Assembly: GCA_951406725.2 (NCBI GenBank)
Contig: OX597830.1
Coordinates: 31,062,001-31,126,000, forward strand
Direction: 5' to 3'
DNA from: Octopus vulgaris
Taxonomy: Eukaryota
Length of the DNA stretch: 64,000 bases
The notes under the pieces are model-generated. The model worked only from the letters and a program-made list of their open reading frames with translations, did not search any database and was not told the origin of the DNA. Positions 15,107 through 28,779 of the stretch are shown piece by piece. Position 1 is the stretch's first letter. Every line of letters begins with the position of its first letter. The translations under genes and the position numbers were made by a program.

Positions 15107-15139
<33 letters not shown>

Positions 15140-15385
15140 TATATGTATGTATGTATGTATGAGTGTTTACAAACACATAATGATTGTAAAGAAGCATCTC
15201 TGTCATAGAATTGATGTGATGACGTTCCTTCCCAATTTTCTGTAAGCAGAAATCAAGGCTGGTTAAGGGTAAATATTTTACTTGGAAACAAAGTGGCAGC
15301 TCAGTGAGGACAGGATGGGCATCAGGCGTGCCTCATCGACTTCCATCTGTGCCATGGAACAGTGGATGGTAAAACGATGGTGATG
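14858..15385 (+). mobile_element. Old SINE family B copy with internal microsatellite and RTE-like 3' tail
   Basis: Head AGTAAGAAGCC...AGGTTCAATCCCAGTGTG and core ACCAAAGTCTTGAGTGGATC...GAAAGATGCCC are colinear with the 44641 copy. Ends CCATGGAACAGTGGATGGTAAAACGATGGTGATG. Confidence 0.6.
14976..15107. repeat. 45-bp inverted duplication flanking a (TA)-rich spacer
   Basis: Arm 14976-15020 versus arm 15063-15107: reverse complement with 3 mismatches; 42-nt spacer. Confidence 0.9.
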
Positions 15386-16159
15386 TGTATACATACATAT
15401 CCATACTTACATATATATGTGTGTGTCTGTGTGTATATATATATATTATATATATCCACACACTCACTGATATACCTTGCAACCAAGAGTAACTTAGTAG
15501 CATGTATTATACTTCTGGTACCCATGAAACTGTGAGCAGACCCATCATAACATCAGGTATCTTATAGTGAGAGAGGGTGGGGAAGTGTTGGTTATGTAAG
15601 CAGCTGGAGCAGCCCCAAAGGGTAAACTTGACCACACCAGTTATTTCAATTCAAGATACATCTAATAAACAAGAAAACATGAAAACACATATACACACAC
15701 AAACTTAGAGATGCACAAAACAAATCAAGTCACCCATGCAGAAATATATATATATATATATATACACTACATAGAAAATTTTGAGTTTGAAATGGAAGTA
15801 CAGGTTCTTAGCTCAGGACAATGACCTGACATAACAGAGTTCATGACATAAATTTTATATCACTTCATCTAATAGGATAATAATCAGGATTTGAACTGAT
15901 ATGTAAATTCTCTTAATGTGTGTGGTGCATGAATGAGTATATCTGTCTATCTACCTATCTATCAATACACACACACACACACACACAAGCATTTGTGTTG
16001 GTTATTAGAGATGGATATAATAGTGATAATTATTATAATTTTGATATTTCCTTTGTTGGTAGGAACACATATATACACACACATATACATATGTGTATAT
16101 ACATATACATGCATATGCACATATATACATATAAACATACTCACATAGACATATACATA

Positions 16160-16204
<45 letters not shown>

Positions 16205-16804
16205 TTACACATGTATAAATACATACATATGAAGACATACACACTAATGCGTGTGTGTGCTTGTGGCTAAGCTACCGCAACATATACTTACACAAAATAC
16301 ACAATTCCTTTCCATAATTGCTCCCTCTAGAAACAATATTAAATTTGACTTAGTTTTCTAAGTGTGTACAATATCTAAATCCATTCATCGTATTCAAGTA
16401 CATATATATATATACATATACATATGCACACACATTCATATGTAAAGTCACAAAAATAACTTGTGATTGTATACATATATATATACTTACACGTTTGATA
16501 ATTATCTTCCTCGTAATTATGCGCTAGTTCCAATTATAATATATAATCAGTTACATCAATATAATGAACAATAAAGCAGCTCTCTCGTACACACACACAT
16601 CCCTACACGTACATATAGATATAAATCTTTACATGCATGTGTATATGAATATATACATATATATGTGTGTGTGTGTGTATTCACAGACATATATGCACTT
16701 ATATTTATAAAATACATACGTAAAATAAAAACGAGTTCGTGTATACCTGCATATATAAGTATATATATGTACACGCAGGCGCGCACATACACACACAGAC
16801 ATGG

Positions 16805-16849
<45 letters not shown>

Positions 16850-17004
16850 AACACACTCGGAAGCATTACACTCACACAAGAAGACAGACCACCCTTACTC
16901 TTTAAATTCATCTCTAGAGGCAACTTCTGAGATTTCGAAATAATTTGTTTCCGAAATAATTAACATCAGATTACGAACGTACATACGTACACATAATATT
17001 TTGC

Positions 17005-17104
<100 letters not shown>

Positions 17105-17490
17105 CGTGTAGCAATAACAACGTCAAGGAATAATCCATACAACGTTAATTCATCCAGTTCTCTCCCTGGCTACCTCCTACGGAAGCATCCGAAAAATATA
17201 TATATATATATATATACACTCATACATATTTACACATATTCGAGCGTATATGGAGAGGCTGATAGAAGAATAAAGAAAAAAAAAAAAATATTCCCGTTGG
17301 CCCTTGGAGCAGCTAGCTTAAGATTAAAATAAGTAGTAGTGTCAGTTTTGAAACTATTTTCACAGAATGATATGGGTGAGGGGTCGGAGAGAAAGTAGCG
17401 GAGTAAATTTGTTTAGAGGTTGCTTGCTGAACGAGGAAGGGAGAACACATTTTCAAGGATCGAAATAGCTCCCTAAAAGTATTCACTAGC

Positions 17491-17538
<48 letters not shown>

Positions 17539-18457
17539 AGTAACAGTTTGGACTTGTTCGAAGGTGCAATATGCAATGCAGTAAGAAAGACAGTCTTTTC
17601 CAATTTACTTCGAGTCAGTAGAGAGAATATATGCAAAAGTATGAGATGAGTAAATGTAAAAGCTAGTTTTAAAAAATAAAAGGGAGAAAAATAACATTGA
17701 GAGACGGCATTGGAGTGCATGGCGGAAACCGGAGAGAACGGAGCTGTAAACACGGGACAGTATTTTTTCTCTCCAGAGAGAGATTGATAGTGTTGTTTAT
17801 TTGGAAACATTGCGGACAAAAGATATATAGTTATGATGTGGATGTTGATTACAGGGTTCGATATTAAAGTGAAATTTATAGATATATAATAGAGTGTCGA
17901 TGATGTTCAATAAAGATAGTGTGAAACGGAACGAGTGTCTATCGAAAAGTGATCACAACTGTCTTTCTTTCTGTTTGTTTGCCTTTTTCTTAGAGAGAGA
18001 GAGAGAGAGGGAGAGAGAGTGAGAGAGACGGGGGAAAACGTAAGAGAATAGAATGCGTAAATTGTGAGCGGGAGTATGTCAAGTAATTACAAGAGATTAG
18101 ATACAGAGTGACTGCAAGAGAGAGAGAGAGAGAGAGAAACGACAGACAGATAGAATAGGAAGCGTGAGAAAAGATGGATCGAGAGAGAGAGAGATCGAAA
18201 GAGAGAGAGAGAGAGAGAGAGTGATGTTTCATGTAAAACATTAGATATGCACTGTAAGAAGAAAATACGGCAGAGGGGAAAAGGTGGATTAATTAAAAGA
18301 AGTTGAAATATGAGTCATCATCAACGGGCATACAGACACACAAACACACGTTTCTATTAACGTACACAAATGTATGTATACCGATGTATCTACAATAAAT
18401 ACATATGAAGATGGGGAATATATTCTGATCATGAGATATAGATGTATTGATCGATCG

Positions 18458-18489
<32 letters not shown>

Positions 18490-18599
18490 ATATATACGCG
18501 CACACGCAAAGGCATTGAAGCTGTAATAGAATAAAATCAAATGCAGTAGGTATCCTCCTCATCATAATCATCATCGTCATTAGTCGAATTACGTATACA

Positions 18600-21229
18600 A
18601 TATTTATATATATATTATATATATACATATACATGTATGTATAATGTATTCCTAAAGAACTGTTTATCTATCTTCGTTGACATGTGATTTTGGCAGTAGT
18701 GGTGGTAATAGTGAAACGTGAGGAAAATAACATGTCTGTTACTGATGACGAGTGGTTTGCCCACAGTTCCGGCTTCTGCTTTATCGATGATGACGGGTGT
18801 GATGATGATGATGATGCTGACGGTGGAGATGGTGGCGGTGGTGGCGATCCATGTAAATAAACATAACCAACACGAGGTGTATGTATGTGTATGGGGGATC
18901 GTTTTTTTTTCTCTCTTCCGCTGCACAAAGTGCCAAGGGAGGTAACTCTGATACAGCATCCTTCTCCGTCCCCACAATAACATGTTATCTGCTATCTTCA
19001 TCAAACAACTACATCTCATGTGTTTGGACAACACATATATATCTATATGTATTGTTTGTATATTTATATACATTCTCTCAGTCACCACCACAACAACAAC
19101 CAACAGAGCCAGTAAGCAATGATCATAATTATTCTAATTCAAACATAGTTCTACGAACACGCGCACACACGCGCGCGCAAACACGTCGAAAGTGAATGAA
19201 GGAGAGAGAGAGAGAGAGAAGCAGACAGTGGTCACCCGTTTTCACTTCTTTAACCCATTGAAATAACCTAAATTTTGTTAATTGGTACCGAAACACGATC
19301 GATCATACATACAACATACGAAAAAAAAAAAAAAAAAAGAGAGAGAGAGAGGAGACAAGGACAAAAATATAAGTGTTAAAATGATTAATAAATACCAAAT
19401 AAATACCAAGTTAATGACTTGTAAAGAGTGAAGTAAAAAAGTTAATATAAATGTAATTAATGTTTTAGAAAATGTAAAAAAATAATAAGAAAGAGAAAAC
19501 AACAAAAAAAGACAAGTGATAATAAGGTAAAACAAATGTAAGATATATAACAAACTACACACAAACAGAGGTGCGAAACAAAAAAAAACAAAAAATAGAA
19601 AGAAAGAGAAAGGAAGAACGGTAGAAATAAAGAATCACCTCTATGAAATAATAGTTCTCTTCAGAGCCGAGTCAACCATTTAAAAATACAAATTAAGGTA
19701 CGATCTTCACGTTGTGTGGGTATATATAGATTAAGGTTCCGTGGATGTTCTAACAATAACAATACCTTGCAATTGTTATTGTTATTATTATTATTATTAT
19801 TATTAATTTCATAGACGGGGTTCACGTCGTCGGTGTGTGTTTTTTTTTTTACTTATAACTATATTTATGTTATATAAATAGAATAAAAGAAAATCCGAAA
19901 AAGTAAATCCTTTTCATACGTGTGTATACATACATTTATATATATATATATACATATATATATAGATATATGTATATATATATATATACAAAGATGTGGA
20001 TGATGTGTCTGTAACGTGTGGCTTGCTTGTTCAAGCGGTGACGAGAAGCATGGTATTAAAAAGAAACACCAAACAAGCACAACATACAGTAGCAGTTTGT
20101 ATGCGAGCGAAAAAGCTTTGCCAAGCTCTAGCTCTTTCTCTCTCTCGTTCTCATTAGACACACACACACACACACAAACACAGACACTCCTTCTCTATCT
20201 CTATTCTGTCTTTTTCCTTCTTCATTTATTAATCTCAGAGAACAAGGTCAGACTACTGAAAGAGAGTGACAGATTGTATTAAAGAGAAACAAAGAGAGGG
20301 TGAGTAAATGAGCAGAGAGAGAGAGAGAGAGAGAAAGAGAAAGAATTAAAAGGCAGTGGGAGGCGGTTAATGAGAGGCAAAGGGAAGGAGTGTGGGAATT
20401 TAGACACCTTGATATGTGACCTTTTTCTCTTTCTCTCTATCGTCTCATCTTTTAATTTTCTTCTTCTTCTTCTTTCTCCTCCTCTCTATCTTCTTCATTC
20501 TCCCGTCTTCTAACTACTACTACTACTACTACTGCTGCTTCGTAGATTGAACCTCCTAATATCTCCTCCTCCCTCTACAGTCTCCCTTTTCTTGCCGTCG
20601 TTGCGCTGAGGATTTTCCGCCTTCGTACACATACATACATTTATATACACATCTCTCTCTCTCTCACTATACATATATATATATATATATATATTCTTTT
20701 AGATGTTCATACACAAACAGGAACCCCACGATTTTGACTATCAACAACACCACAAACAATTATCAACAACTAAAAAAAAAAAACCTACAACCTACACTAC
20801 AAAACAAAACAAAGACAATTTGACTTTTACTTTTTGTTCAGTTTTTTTTAATATATATATATATATAGAAAAGATAGGAGTTTTTAAACTTAACCAAAAA
20901 ACTGAAGAGGCTGCAAAAAAAAAAAAAAGAGAGAGAGAGAGGAAGATGATCATTTACATTTGTGTTCTAGCACCACTCTCCCTTGCTGGTCTCGTCTGTT
21001 AGAGGCTCCGTTCGTATAGCCACTAGCTATACAACCAGCCGGCCACTGCGGCTTCTTAGCTCGTGTCTACCCCACCCAGATACAATTTTTTTTTTCTATA
21101 TGTTCGGGTAGCTGAATTTAGATTTGATTTCTCGTTTGTTGTTGCTAGCTGGAGGGGGCGGACAAAAAAAAAAAACGAAAAAACGAAGTAGTTTAACAAA
21201 TACGTAGACCCACGATATTTGTCTGCAAG

Positions 21230-21230
<1 letters not shown>
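18600..21230 (-). promoter_or_regulatory. Putative promoter / 5'UTR region of the gene extending leftwards
   Basis: CpG-rich unique sequence just right of the CpG-depleted domain, with (GA)n/(CT)n tracts, GC box GGGGCGG (~21155) and short uORF-like frames. No CDS found; strand inferred from the CpG asymmetry. Confidence 0.35.
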
Positions 21231-21284
<54 letters not shown>

Positions 21285-21325
21285 AGAGAGGGAGGAGCAC
21301 AATGTAAAAAAAACATAATTGCAAA

Positions 21326-21600
21326 GTGGCAATAGTAAATAGCTTATTAGCCGGAAGAAAAACAACAGAACTTCCACGTAAATCCCTAGAAAAAAAATGG
21401 CTTTGGATTGGAACTGCTGGCACAGATATGACATATGACCGTTTATATCCATATTGTTTGTGCATGTGGAAAAAACATGACTCAATCCCGATGGTGTATA
21501 TTATGCATGAAAAAATACATCTACACAACTTACTATGCAAGCTAAAGAGGTTCGTGCGGAAGCGTGGATGGAGAAGTATTTTTGGCGCATAGATATATGA
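21326..21600 (+). pseudogene. Possible degenerate transposase-like fragment
   Basis: 21541-21600 reads AKEVRAEAWMEKYFWRID, preceded in another frame by YCLCMWKKH. It recalls the C..AW...YG / A.AWM..YF...GD.MP pattern of uncharacterised invertebrate transposase-like proteins (from memory, unverified). Confidence 0.3.
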
Positions 21601-22177
21601 TTAATAATGACTGTGTTAATAATTAGAACCGGGGTAAATGTATAGTTTCTCCACTTTCTTAATTTATCGGTTTAAAATTTATCTCTTCGATCTCTTTGCA
21701 AATATAGACCACCACCTCTTAGACTGCGTATTTCTTTTTAAAATATAAGTAGCTTTTTACAGATAGAATGGGAAAAGATTTCAAACATTGACCGGACGCT
21801 CCAAGACACTGATCGACTACACGCATCTGTTTTCATTACAGCCGCATTTCTTTTTGGATTACCTCTGTGAACATGTGACTCGTTCGAGCACAACTTGACC
21901 AGGACACTTCAACATTTTTATCAACAACAGAAATATATTGCTAATGGCAACGTTATCTAATGTGACATTCTGAGAAGCTAATTTTATAAATGCAAAGTCA
22001 AAATCAGGTGTGGCTTACGTAAGTAAGTCGGGAGCTTCCCGTGTGTTATGTAAAACTGAAATAAAAGTCCCCCCCCCATAAACATTTTCCATCCTAGTTT
22101 AGCTTTTCAGACCTGATCCAACACAAACAGCTATGATATCCCGTCTTTTTTATTTAGAGCTACGGTTATCTAATAAT

Positions 22178-22294
22178 AAGGCACAAGGCTTGAAATTTGT
22201 GGGGAAGGAGCCAGTCTACCTCGGCGGAATTTGAAGTCTGTACGTAAAGGCGGGCCAAAATGTTGCTAACGATTCTGCTAAGCTAGCTGCCTTA
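22178..22294 (-). mobile_element. SINE family A, internally deleted
   Basis: GGCACAAGGC..AAATTTGTGGGGAAGG..ACCTCGGCGGAATTTGAA..GCTAACGATTCTGC. Confidence 0.75.
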
Positions 22295-23486
22295 ACGTTG
22301 TCTAATAATTCCATACTCTTTGAAATGGTCTACCAAGTTGGTCCCTTAAACTCTGAATAAGTTCTAATATCTGTTGTCTTTTATCGACTCCACGAAGAAA
22401 TGTCCATAACATTGTATATTAGAAGCAGCAAGGGTTAAAAAACGTGGGAGAAGGGAGGGTTGTTCCAGTCCATACTCATATTTATTCTTCTCTTTCCCCT
22501 ATTCCTCAATGACTTTATTCTTCAACGAATTTACAGAGAGGGTTTCGGGTTCACCACCCAAGTTAGATGGAGGAGAAAGTTACAAGAAATACAGCCACAA
22601 AATGTGTAGAAAGAATAAAAGATAAACTAGAGAACCGCAGCAAATAATTGTTTGACAACGGCACCTATAATTATGACTCCTTAGCATCTCTTTATGAACT
22701 AGAGGAGATAAACACCCGTAATTTTTGATAACTGAAATTACAACTCTAATAAATGAAATAATTTTCATTAATGAACGTTTTCTTTCAGATAAAGCAACAG
22801 AGAATTCTCGAAACTTCAATCAAACAAAAATTAAATTTAAATGAAGTTCATTAACCACAATACTAATTCAGGCTGTTTCGGTCTTATTCGACTTCCTCAA
22901 CTACTAAAGCTCTCAGATCAGCAACAAAATATTGTGTGAACACTCAATTGATTAGACAAGTTAATAAAGGGCATTTGAAGTTTCAAGTGCACCCTCCGCA
23001 AAGTGAATATATAGTTAAGTGCGAGCTATCATCATTGTAGTACGGAGCGAAAAGTAATTAGGGTTCATGACAATTTTCTCTCAGAAATCACCTAATCACC
23101 AAAGTTTAAGCTTGGGTTGATTTCAGGGAGTTTCCTCCCCTATCATTCTGAGAATAAATGTGCATTAAAGCTACTGTTTTTTTGTTTTTCCCTCCTTGGA
23201 CCGCCTATATCAATCCAACAAAAATTATTTTCAGCTCATCACCACAAGTATAGTAACCAGCACTTTGCAAAAGGCAACTTGAAGAAATCTTCTAGTATCG
23301 TTATTTCATTATGTGCGTGTTTGTGTATGTATGTAAGTAGCAATATCAAAGAAGACCCAAAACAAGGACAGAAGCTACCACCCGTCACGCCATAGGGAGA
23401 TACCCGAAGGACCTGCAAAATTAGCACAATTATGCATATAGTCTGTGTTTGCGTGTGTATATTTATCATAGATACGTAAATACATG

Positions 23487-23520
<34 letters not shown>

Positions 23521-24319
23521 AAAATACACACACACATATACTTAGAACTTAGCCGAACTGAGACTGGCCGCGGCCATTACTGGCCCAGGCCATGTCTAAC
23601 TGTACCACCTGGTGAACTTACACACACGTGTGTGTGTGTGTGTGTATGCGTATGTATATATATATATATATATATTAGTGTATCACCTATGCAACATTTG
23701 TGCTGTGAAACAACTGTGTTTGTGTGTCAGTCATTTTTGGTTTCCTCCTTCGATATTTCATAACTGACTTCAGCTGACTAAAGCTATCAGTCCATGTCTC
23801 TTCTCTGTTGATTACACGCGCCGCGCGCGTACACACCGACACATACATATACAAGAACCACACACACACACACGCGCGATCACCCTATGTGTCTGTGTGT
23901 CTGTGTAATGATATCAGCTTGCTTGCTTGCGCGTGTGTATGTGTGCGTGACTGTATAAAACAAAAATTTCCGGGGGGGGGGGGGAGTGTGATTTTTTTTT
24001 TTTTGGTACACTTTACGGAGAATTTTTTTTTTTTTAAAGGAACAAAACAGAAAATGAAACAAGAGTAGTGTATCTGTGTATGTTTGTGCGTCTAGTCGTG
24101 TAAACAGAGACACATAGAGAGAGAAAGACTGTTCGGGATGTGTGAAGACGGTTAAGATGCCACGTTGAGGTCACTCTAAAACAATATTACTATACATACA
24201 TTCAGAGTTCGGTTCATTAGTATACACACAGTTGTCTCTGCTATTAGCTCAACTTCCCGTAACCCTTCCAGGGTTTCTCACCTTCTGTTGTTTTTCAAGC
24301 TGCTGGTAATAATAATTCC

Positions 24320-24512
24320 TTCAACTATAGGCAAAAGGCCGAAAATTTTGGGGGAGAAGGGTTAGTTAGTTTATCAAATCTACCTCCAGTGCTCGACTGG
24401 TACTTATTTTATCGACCCCGAAAGAATAAAAATCAAAGTTCATCTTCAGCGGAATTGAACTCAGAAGAAATAAAGCAGTTTGTCCGGCACGCTAACGATT
24501 CGGCCAGCTCGA
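24320..24512 (-). mobile_element. SINE family A
   Basis: CTGGTACTTATTTTATCGACCCCGAAAG..GAACTCAGAA..GCTAACGATTCGGCCAGCTCG. Confidence 0.85.
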
Positions 24513-24537
24513 TATCAATAACGATTAATAAATAAGA

Positions 24538-24762
24538 GTTTCTTTATTTGCCACGAAAGCAACGAACGAGGAGATATTACAACGACTAACAGCAAAAACT
24601 GGCGGAGTTTTACGTAGAATCATGTATAAGAAAAAACAAGAAGCATAAAATACGGCATCAAACGTCTTAAGGAGACAACCACCTGAGCAAAACAGGGAAC
24701 CCCACAAGATTGCCCTTACCTTAAAGGGCATCCAGTTCCTTTTTAGTTCTCTTCCCACGTCT
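24538..24762 (-). mobile_element. Putative LINE 3' end fragment
   Basis: Minus strand ends TTGTAATATCTCCTCGTTCGTTGCTTTCGTGGCAAATAAAGAAA. This is similar to the tails at 41748-41790 and 48346-48390 and to the tail of the SINE at 54466. Confidence 0.45.
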
Positions 24763-24779
24763 AATAATAATAATAATAA

Positions 24780-24990
24780 TGGTTTTAACTGTTGGCACAT
24801 GACCAATAGTTTTAACGGAGGGAGTTTAATTGATGCCATCGACCACAGAACTTCATTCTATCAACCCCGAGGCGATGAAAGGCAACACAATTTTGATGAT
24901 AGGTAGTAATCGATATTACTCAATTATTTTCGATGACTCCGAGAGGATAAAAAGTGAAGTAGCTCTTAACAGAAAAATTTAAACTCACAA
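24780..24990 (-). mobile_element. Degenerate SINE family A fragments
   Basis: GGCACATGACC, CATCGACC, TATCAACCCCGAGGCGATGAAAGGCAA. Confidence 0.55.
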
Positions 24991-25829
24991 TATTCCTATT
25001 TACGAGCAAGGAGCACGATCGCTTTATTTTTAAAGATTAAAGATGAGATGGGGGGGGGGGGACCGACATTATCGTTTTCCGTATAGAGAGGACTTAAGCT
25101 AAAATAAATAAAGGACTGGAACTGAAGTCGGGTCCCTGATTCTGAATAAATGGAGCGTATCGCACGAATCTGGAGGATTATATGGTCAAGCAGAAAAGTT
25201 TTGAAATTCATGTTCTGTCGAGCGGCAGTAGGTCACTAGAGTAATAATATGTCCCAGTTCTAAGAACTCATGCTGCTTCTCTCTCTTTCATGGCTAGAGA
25301 GACGACGAATCAGCATTCTGGTTTCGATTTCTGTGTTAGTGCATTCGGTTTCACGTTTTTGACACCAATAATAGTTATTACAATAATATAAAAAGAGAAC
25401 AACACGAACGATTTAACTTCACTATTGATCTGATGTGGAAAAAAGCTAACGAGACCACAACACTTGCCACACTGATTTATCATCTCCGACCAGGGACTTC
25501 CGTGTTTGACGGCTTCCACAACCACTCACGCTTCATAAATATGCTTGGAAATCCGTTTTCCAACAGCGTACTTTTGAAATAGTGTCATGTGTGTATATTA
25601 TTCTTTAACCGTTTCCCATTTTTAGCACTATTCTTCACAAACACACAAACTGATATTTAAATGCAAAACTATGTAGAAAGTAAGTACGTGTGTGTGGTGA
25701 AAGCATATATACTTATGTGAGTGGAATCTAAGCAACTACAAGATCCGATTCCGGTCAACAGTTCTGTGTGTGTGTGTGTGAGTATGCGATACATATGAAG
25801 TTTACAGTTACAGATATAAATATAAACAT

Positions 25830-26040
25830 CGGTTGTTGTTGCATATAGTCCTGGGTCAGTTCCGATTCAGAAGGCCTATGACCAGAGGCGCTTCTGCTGT
25901 GACAATCCCATCAGCAATCTGATAACATAACAACAATCAGCCAATGAGTGCATCATCTCTTTTTTAAAGATAGGATGTGGTTTGACGGAAGTTTTTGCTT
26001 CTGTTTCTAACAAGTCAAGCGATCCCGCAGAGGCTACATA
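25830..26040 (-). mobile_element. Interspersed repeat family C (SINE-like, (CAA)n-type tail)
   Basis: Shares blocks such as GCCTATGACCAGAGG and TTTCTAACAAGTCAAGCGATC with copies at ~1350, 28590, 30870, 31070, 37590, 46820, 47510, 55800 and 63020. Confidence 0.65.
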
Positions 26041-26163
26041 CAACAACCTTGAAAAGATTGATAGTTAATTTAAAAGAAAACACACACACATGATATGTAT
26101 GTATGAATGTGAGTGTGAGTGTGTGTCTGTGTATGTATATTTGTATGTATGTATGTATGTATG

Positions 26164-26194
<31 letters not shown>

Positions 26195-26628
26195 GTATGT
26201 ATGTATGTATAAATCCACACACAAAAATAGACAAGATGAGATAGAGAAAACATAAAAAAGATAAATAAGAGATAAAAAAAAAGGCCTTTGTTGATAATAT
26301 TTTACAAATTTGAGAGAGAAGATTGAATGTGAAAATTGAATAAATAAATAAATTACCCCAGAAGCTGATGAATCGGTTTGTCTCAAATATATATTTTATA
26401 CGGTAGTAGTCTCCGCCTGTATTAATCTTAAATCATAAACGAATTTTAGAAAAGTGTTATTCATTGATAAACTTAAAATGTTAACCAATCAAACTTGACT
26501 TCAGACACACACACACACACACAGACACGCAACAAACACATGTATATAGACAGTTTAATTAATTTATATTACATACTGTATGTGAGTGTGGTGTGGATGT
26601 GTGTGTGTGTGCACGCAAGAGTGTGTGA

Positions 26629-26672
<44 letters not shown>

Positions 26673-27004
26673 CAAGATGCATGTAACATGTACAATAGGA
26701 ATTGTTATATATGAATGTGTGTGTGTGAAATGCATAACTATAGATTGCGTTGCATGCGCATACAATATTATACAATATAATAATATTGTGTGTGTGTATG
26801 ATCTACTATTGTTAAAGCCTGTAATCCTCCACTCTCGTGTCATATCCTTATATATATATATAAACATCCCTTACAGAATTATAGGTCCTTTGCATAATTA
26901 ATTCATATACATACATACATACAAACATATATATATATATATATATATAGGGGAAATAGCTAGACGTAGTTTGATATACCTTGCATCGTATGAGGAAATA
27001 AGGG

Positions 27005-27200
27005 GTTCAAAATTTGGCACAAGGCTAACAATTTATTTTTGGGGGTGAGCTGCCAGTCACTACATCGATCTCAATATTTGTAATGGTGCTTAAAAAGTAA
27101 CTGTGTCGAAAGGGATGAAAAAGCAAAAGCTGACCTCGGCGGTACTTGAACTCAGAAACATAAATAGCCAGAAGAAATGCCGCTAAGTATTTTATTGGGA
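27005..27200 (-). mobile_element. SINE family A
   Basis: TTTGGCACAAGGC..GAAAGGGATGAAA..GACCTCGGCGG..GAACTCAGAA..GAAATGCCGCTAAG. Confidence 0.8.
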
Positions 27201-28199
27201 CTAATAACGAGGAAATAATCCAAAACAGAATACTTTCCAGACGTAAATCAAACTACAGCACGGTGCCTGAAACCAACTTAATATTAAGGACATTATGCTT
27301 AACTTTAGGAAAACCATGGTTTTTACAAAATGTATTATTTTCATAAGCACGCATAAAAAAAAAGATATGCACAGACTGACGAACGAGCAAAAACACTCGT
27401 GTTTCTCGGACAGGCCAGCAGCAAAAATGTAGCAGTCGTTAGCCATATAATTTAAACCAATTGCAGGTGGTTTTTGCCTCGTTTATTATCATCTATCAGT
27501 TGTCCTCCATGAGAAAATATATATGTATATCTGAATGCATCTATATAACGCGAGCGAGTGTGTCCAACAGTGCAGTGTGTTTATCATAGAGTATGAGTGT
27601 TTGTGTTTTTAAAGTATGCTTGTAGGAAATACTGATATTTTTTTTTTAAACAACAGATTGATTTATAATAATCTTATGAGCAAAAAACTTTTCAAATTCC
27701 ACTTCAAAAGTTAGTGAGCACCGACTTGTATTAAAGAAGACTTTAAACCATACAGAAATATCCAAACAGACACATGAAAGCAAGTTTACAAACGGCAACA
27801 GTCATGGCTGGCATGTTATTTAGATCTCGATTTACTGTCACAAATTACCTAGAGGCTAAATCCACAACAGTTTTAAGTTTTCGGGCCCGAGTGATACATT
27901 TCGCTGAGCCGAATGTGGTTTTGACTCCCGATATGAACTGTATGTCTGTTTTGATTCGAGATGATCTTTCCTTTTTATTTTTTATTTCTTTAATTTTTTT
28001 TCTGCTTTAACGAATTATGACATACATGAAACATCCCATATATCTCGCTCACTCCAACATTCTCAACTTTTTTTCATGCCTTACGTCACAATAACTATTA
28101 AAGACATGGATTGCTTCTTTTTCTAACTTTATTTTCTTAAACCACAAGTCATTCCACGTTCTTTTTCCCTTCCTGACTAACAATTCAAAGGACTTTTAT

Positions 28200-28268
<69 letters not shown>

Positions 28269-28779
28269 CGGTGATTGCTAACTGACAAACGGAAGCAAAT
28301 GCTCTTTTTCTCAGATTTCATGGCAGATGCATCTCAAGTGGGATTCAGAGTGAAAAAAAGTTTAGACTGACCATACCATCTTAATACCATTACCATCCAT
28401 TGCGACAAATACCATTACTATCACTCATCTAAAAATGCTATATTTTCTTCACTTAACACTTTTTCTTAAATTTTTTTTTCTATTCTGATTTTACCCATTT
28501 TGTCAGATCACATAAAACTTCCTTGTCCATTTTAAAAAAGAATCAACATACTACTACTACTACTACTACTACATAATAATAATATTGTAGTTTTTGTCCC
28601 ATGTTAGCCCTGAATGAGCAGGCCTATGGACAAAGGCATTCCAGCCATAGCTATCCAGTTCTTTTTCATTTCCTCTTTTTTTTGAGGATTAATGTGTCAT
28701 CATCCAAAGTGTCTTTCCAAACATCAAAAACCAAAAAAAAAAAAGAAGTAAAGAAAAAAACAAATGACTGTCTTTTGAT

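Noticed and set aside
22865-22905. Hammerhead-ribozyme-like motif on the minus strand (TTGAGGA-stem-GAAAC)
   Set aside because: Core C is mutated, stem II is only 3 bp, and stems I and III cannot form.
25440-25565. Minus-strand peptide RISKHIYEA..GSPW resembling an RTE C-terminus
   Set aside because: Too short and degenerate to support without a search.
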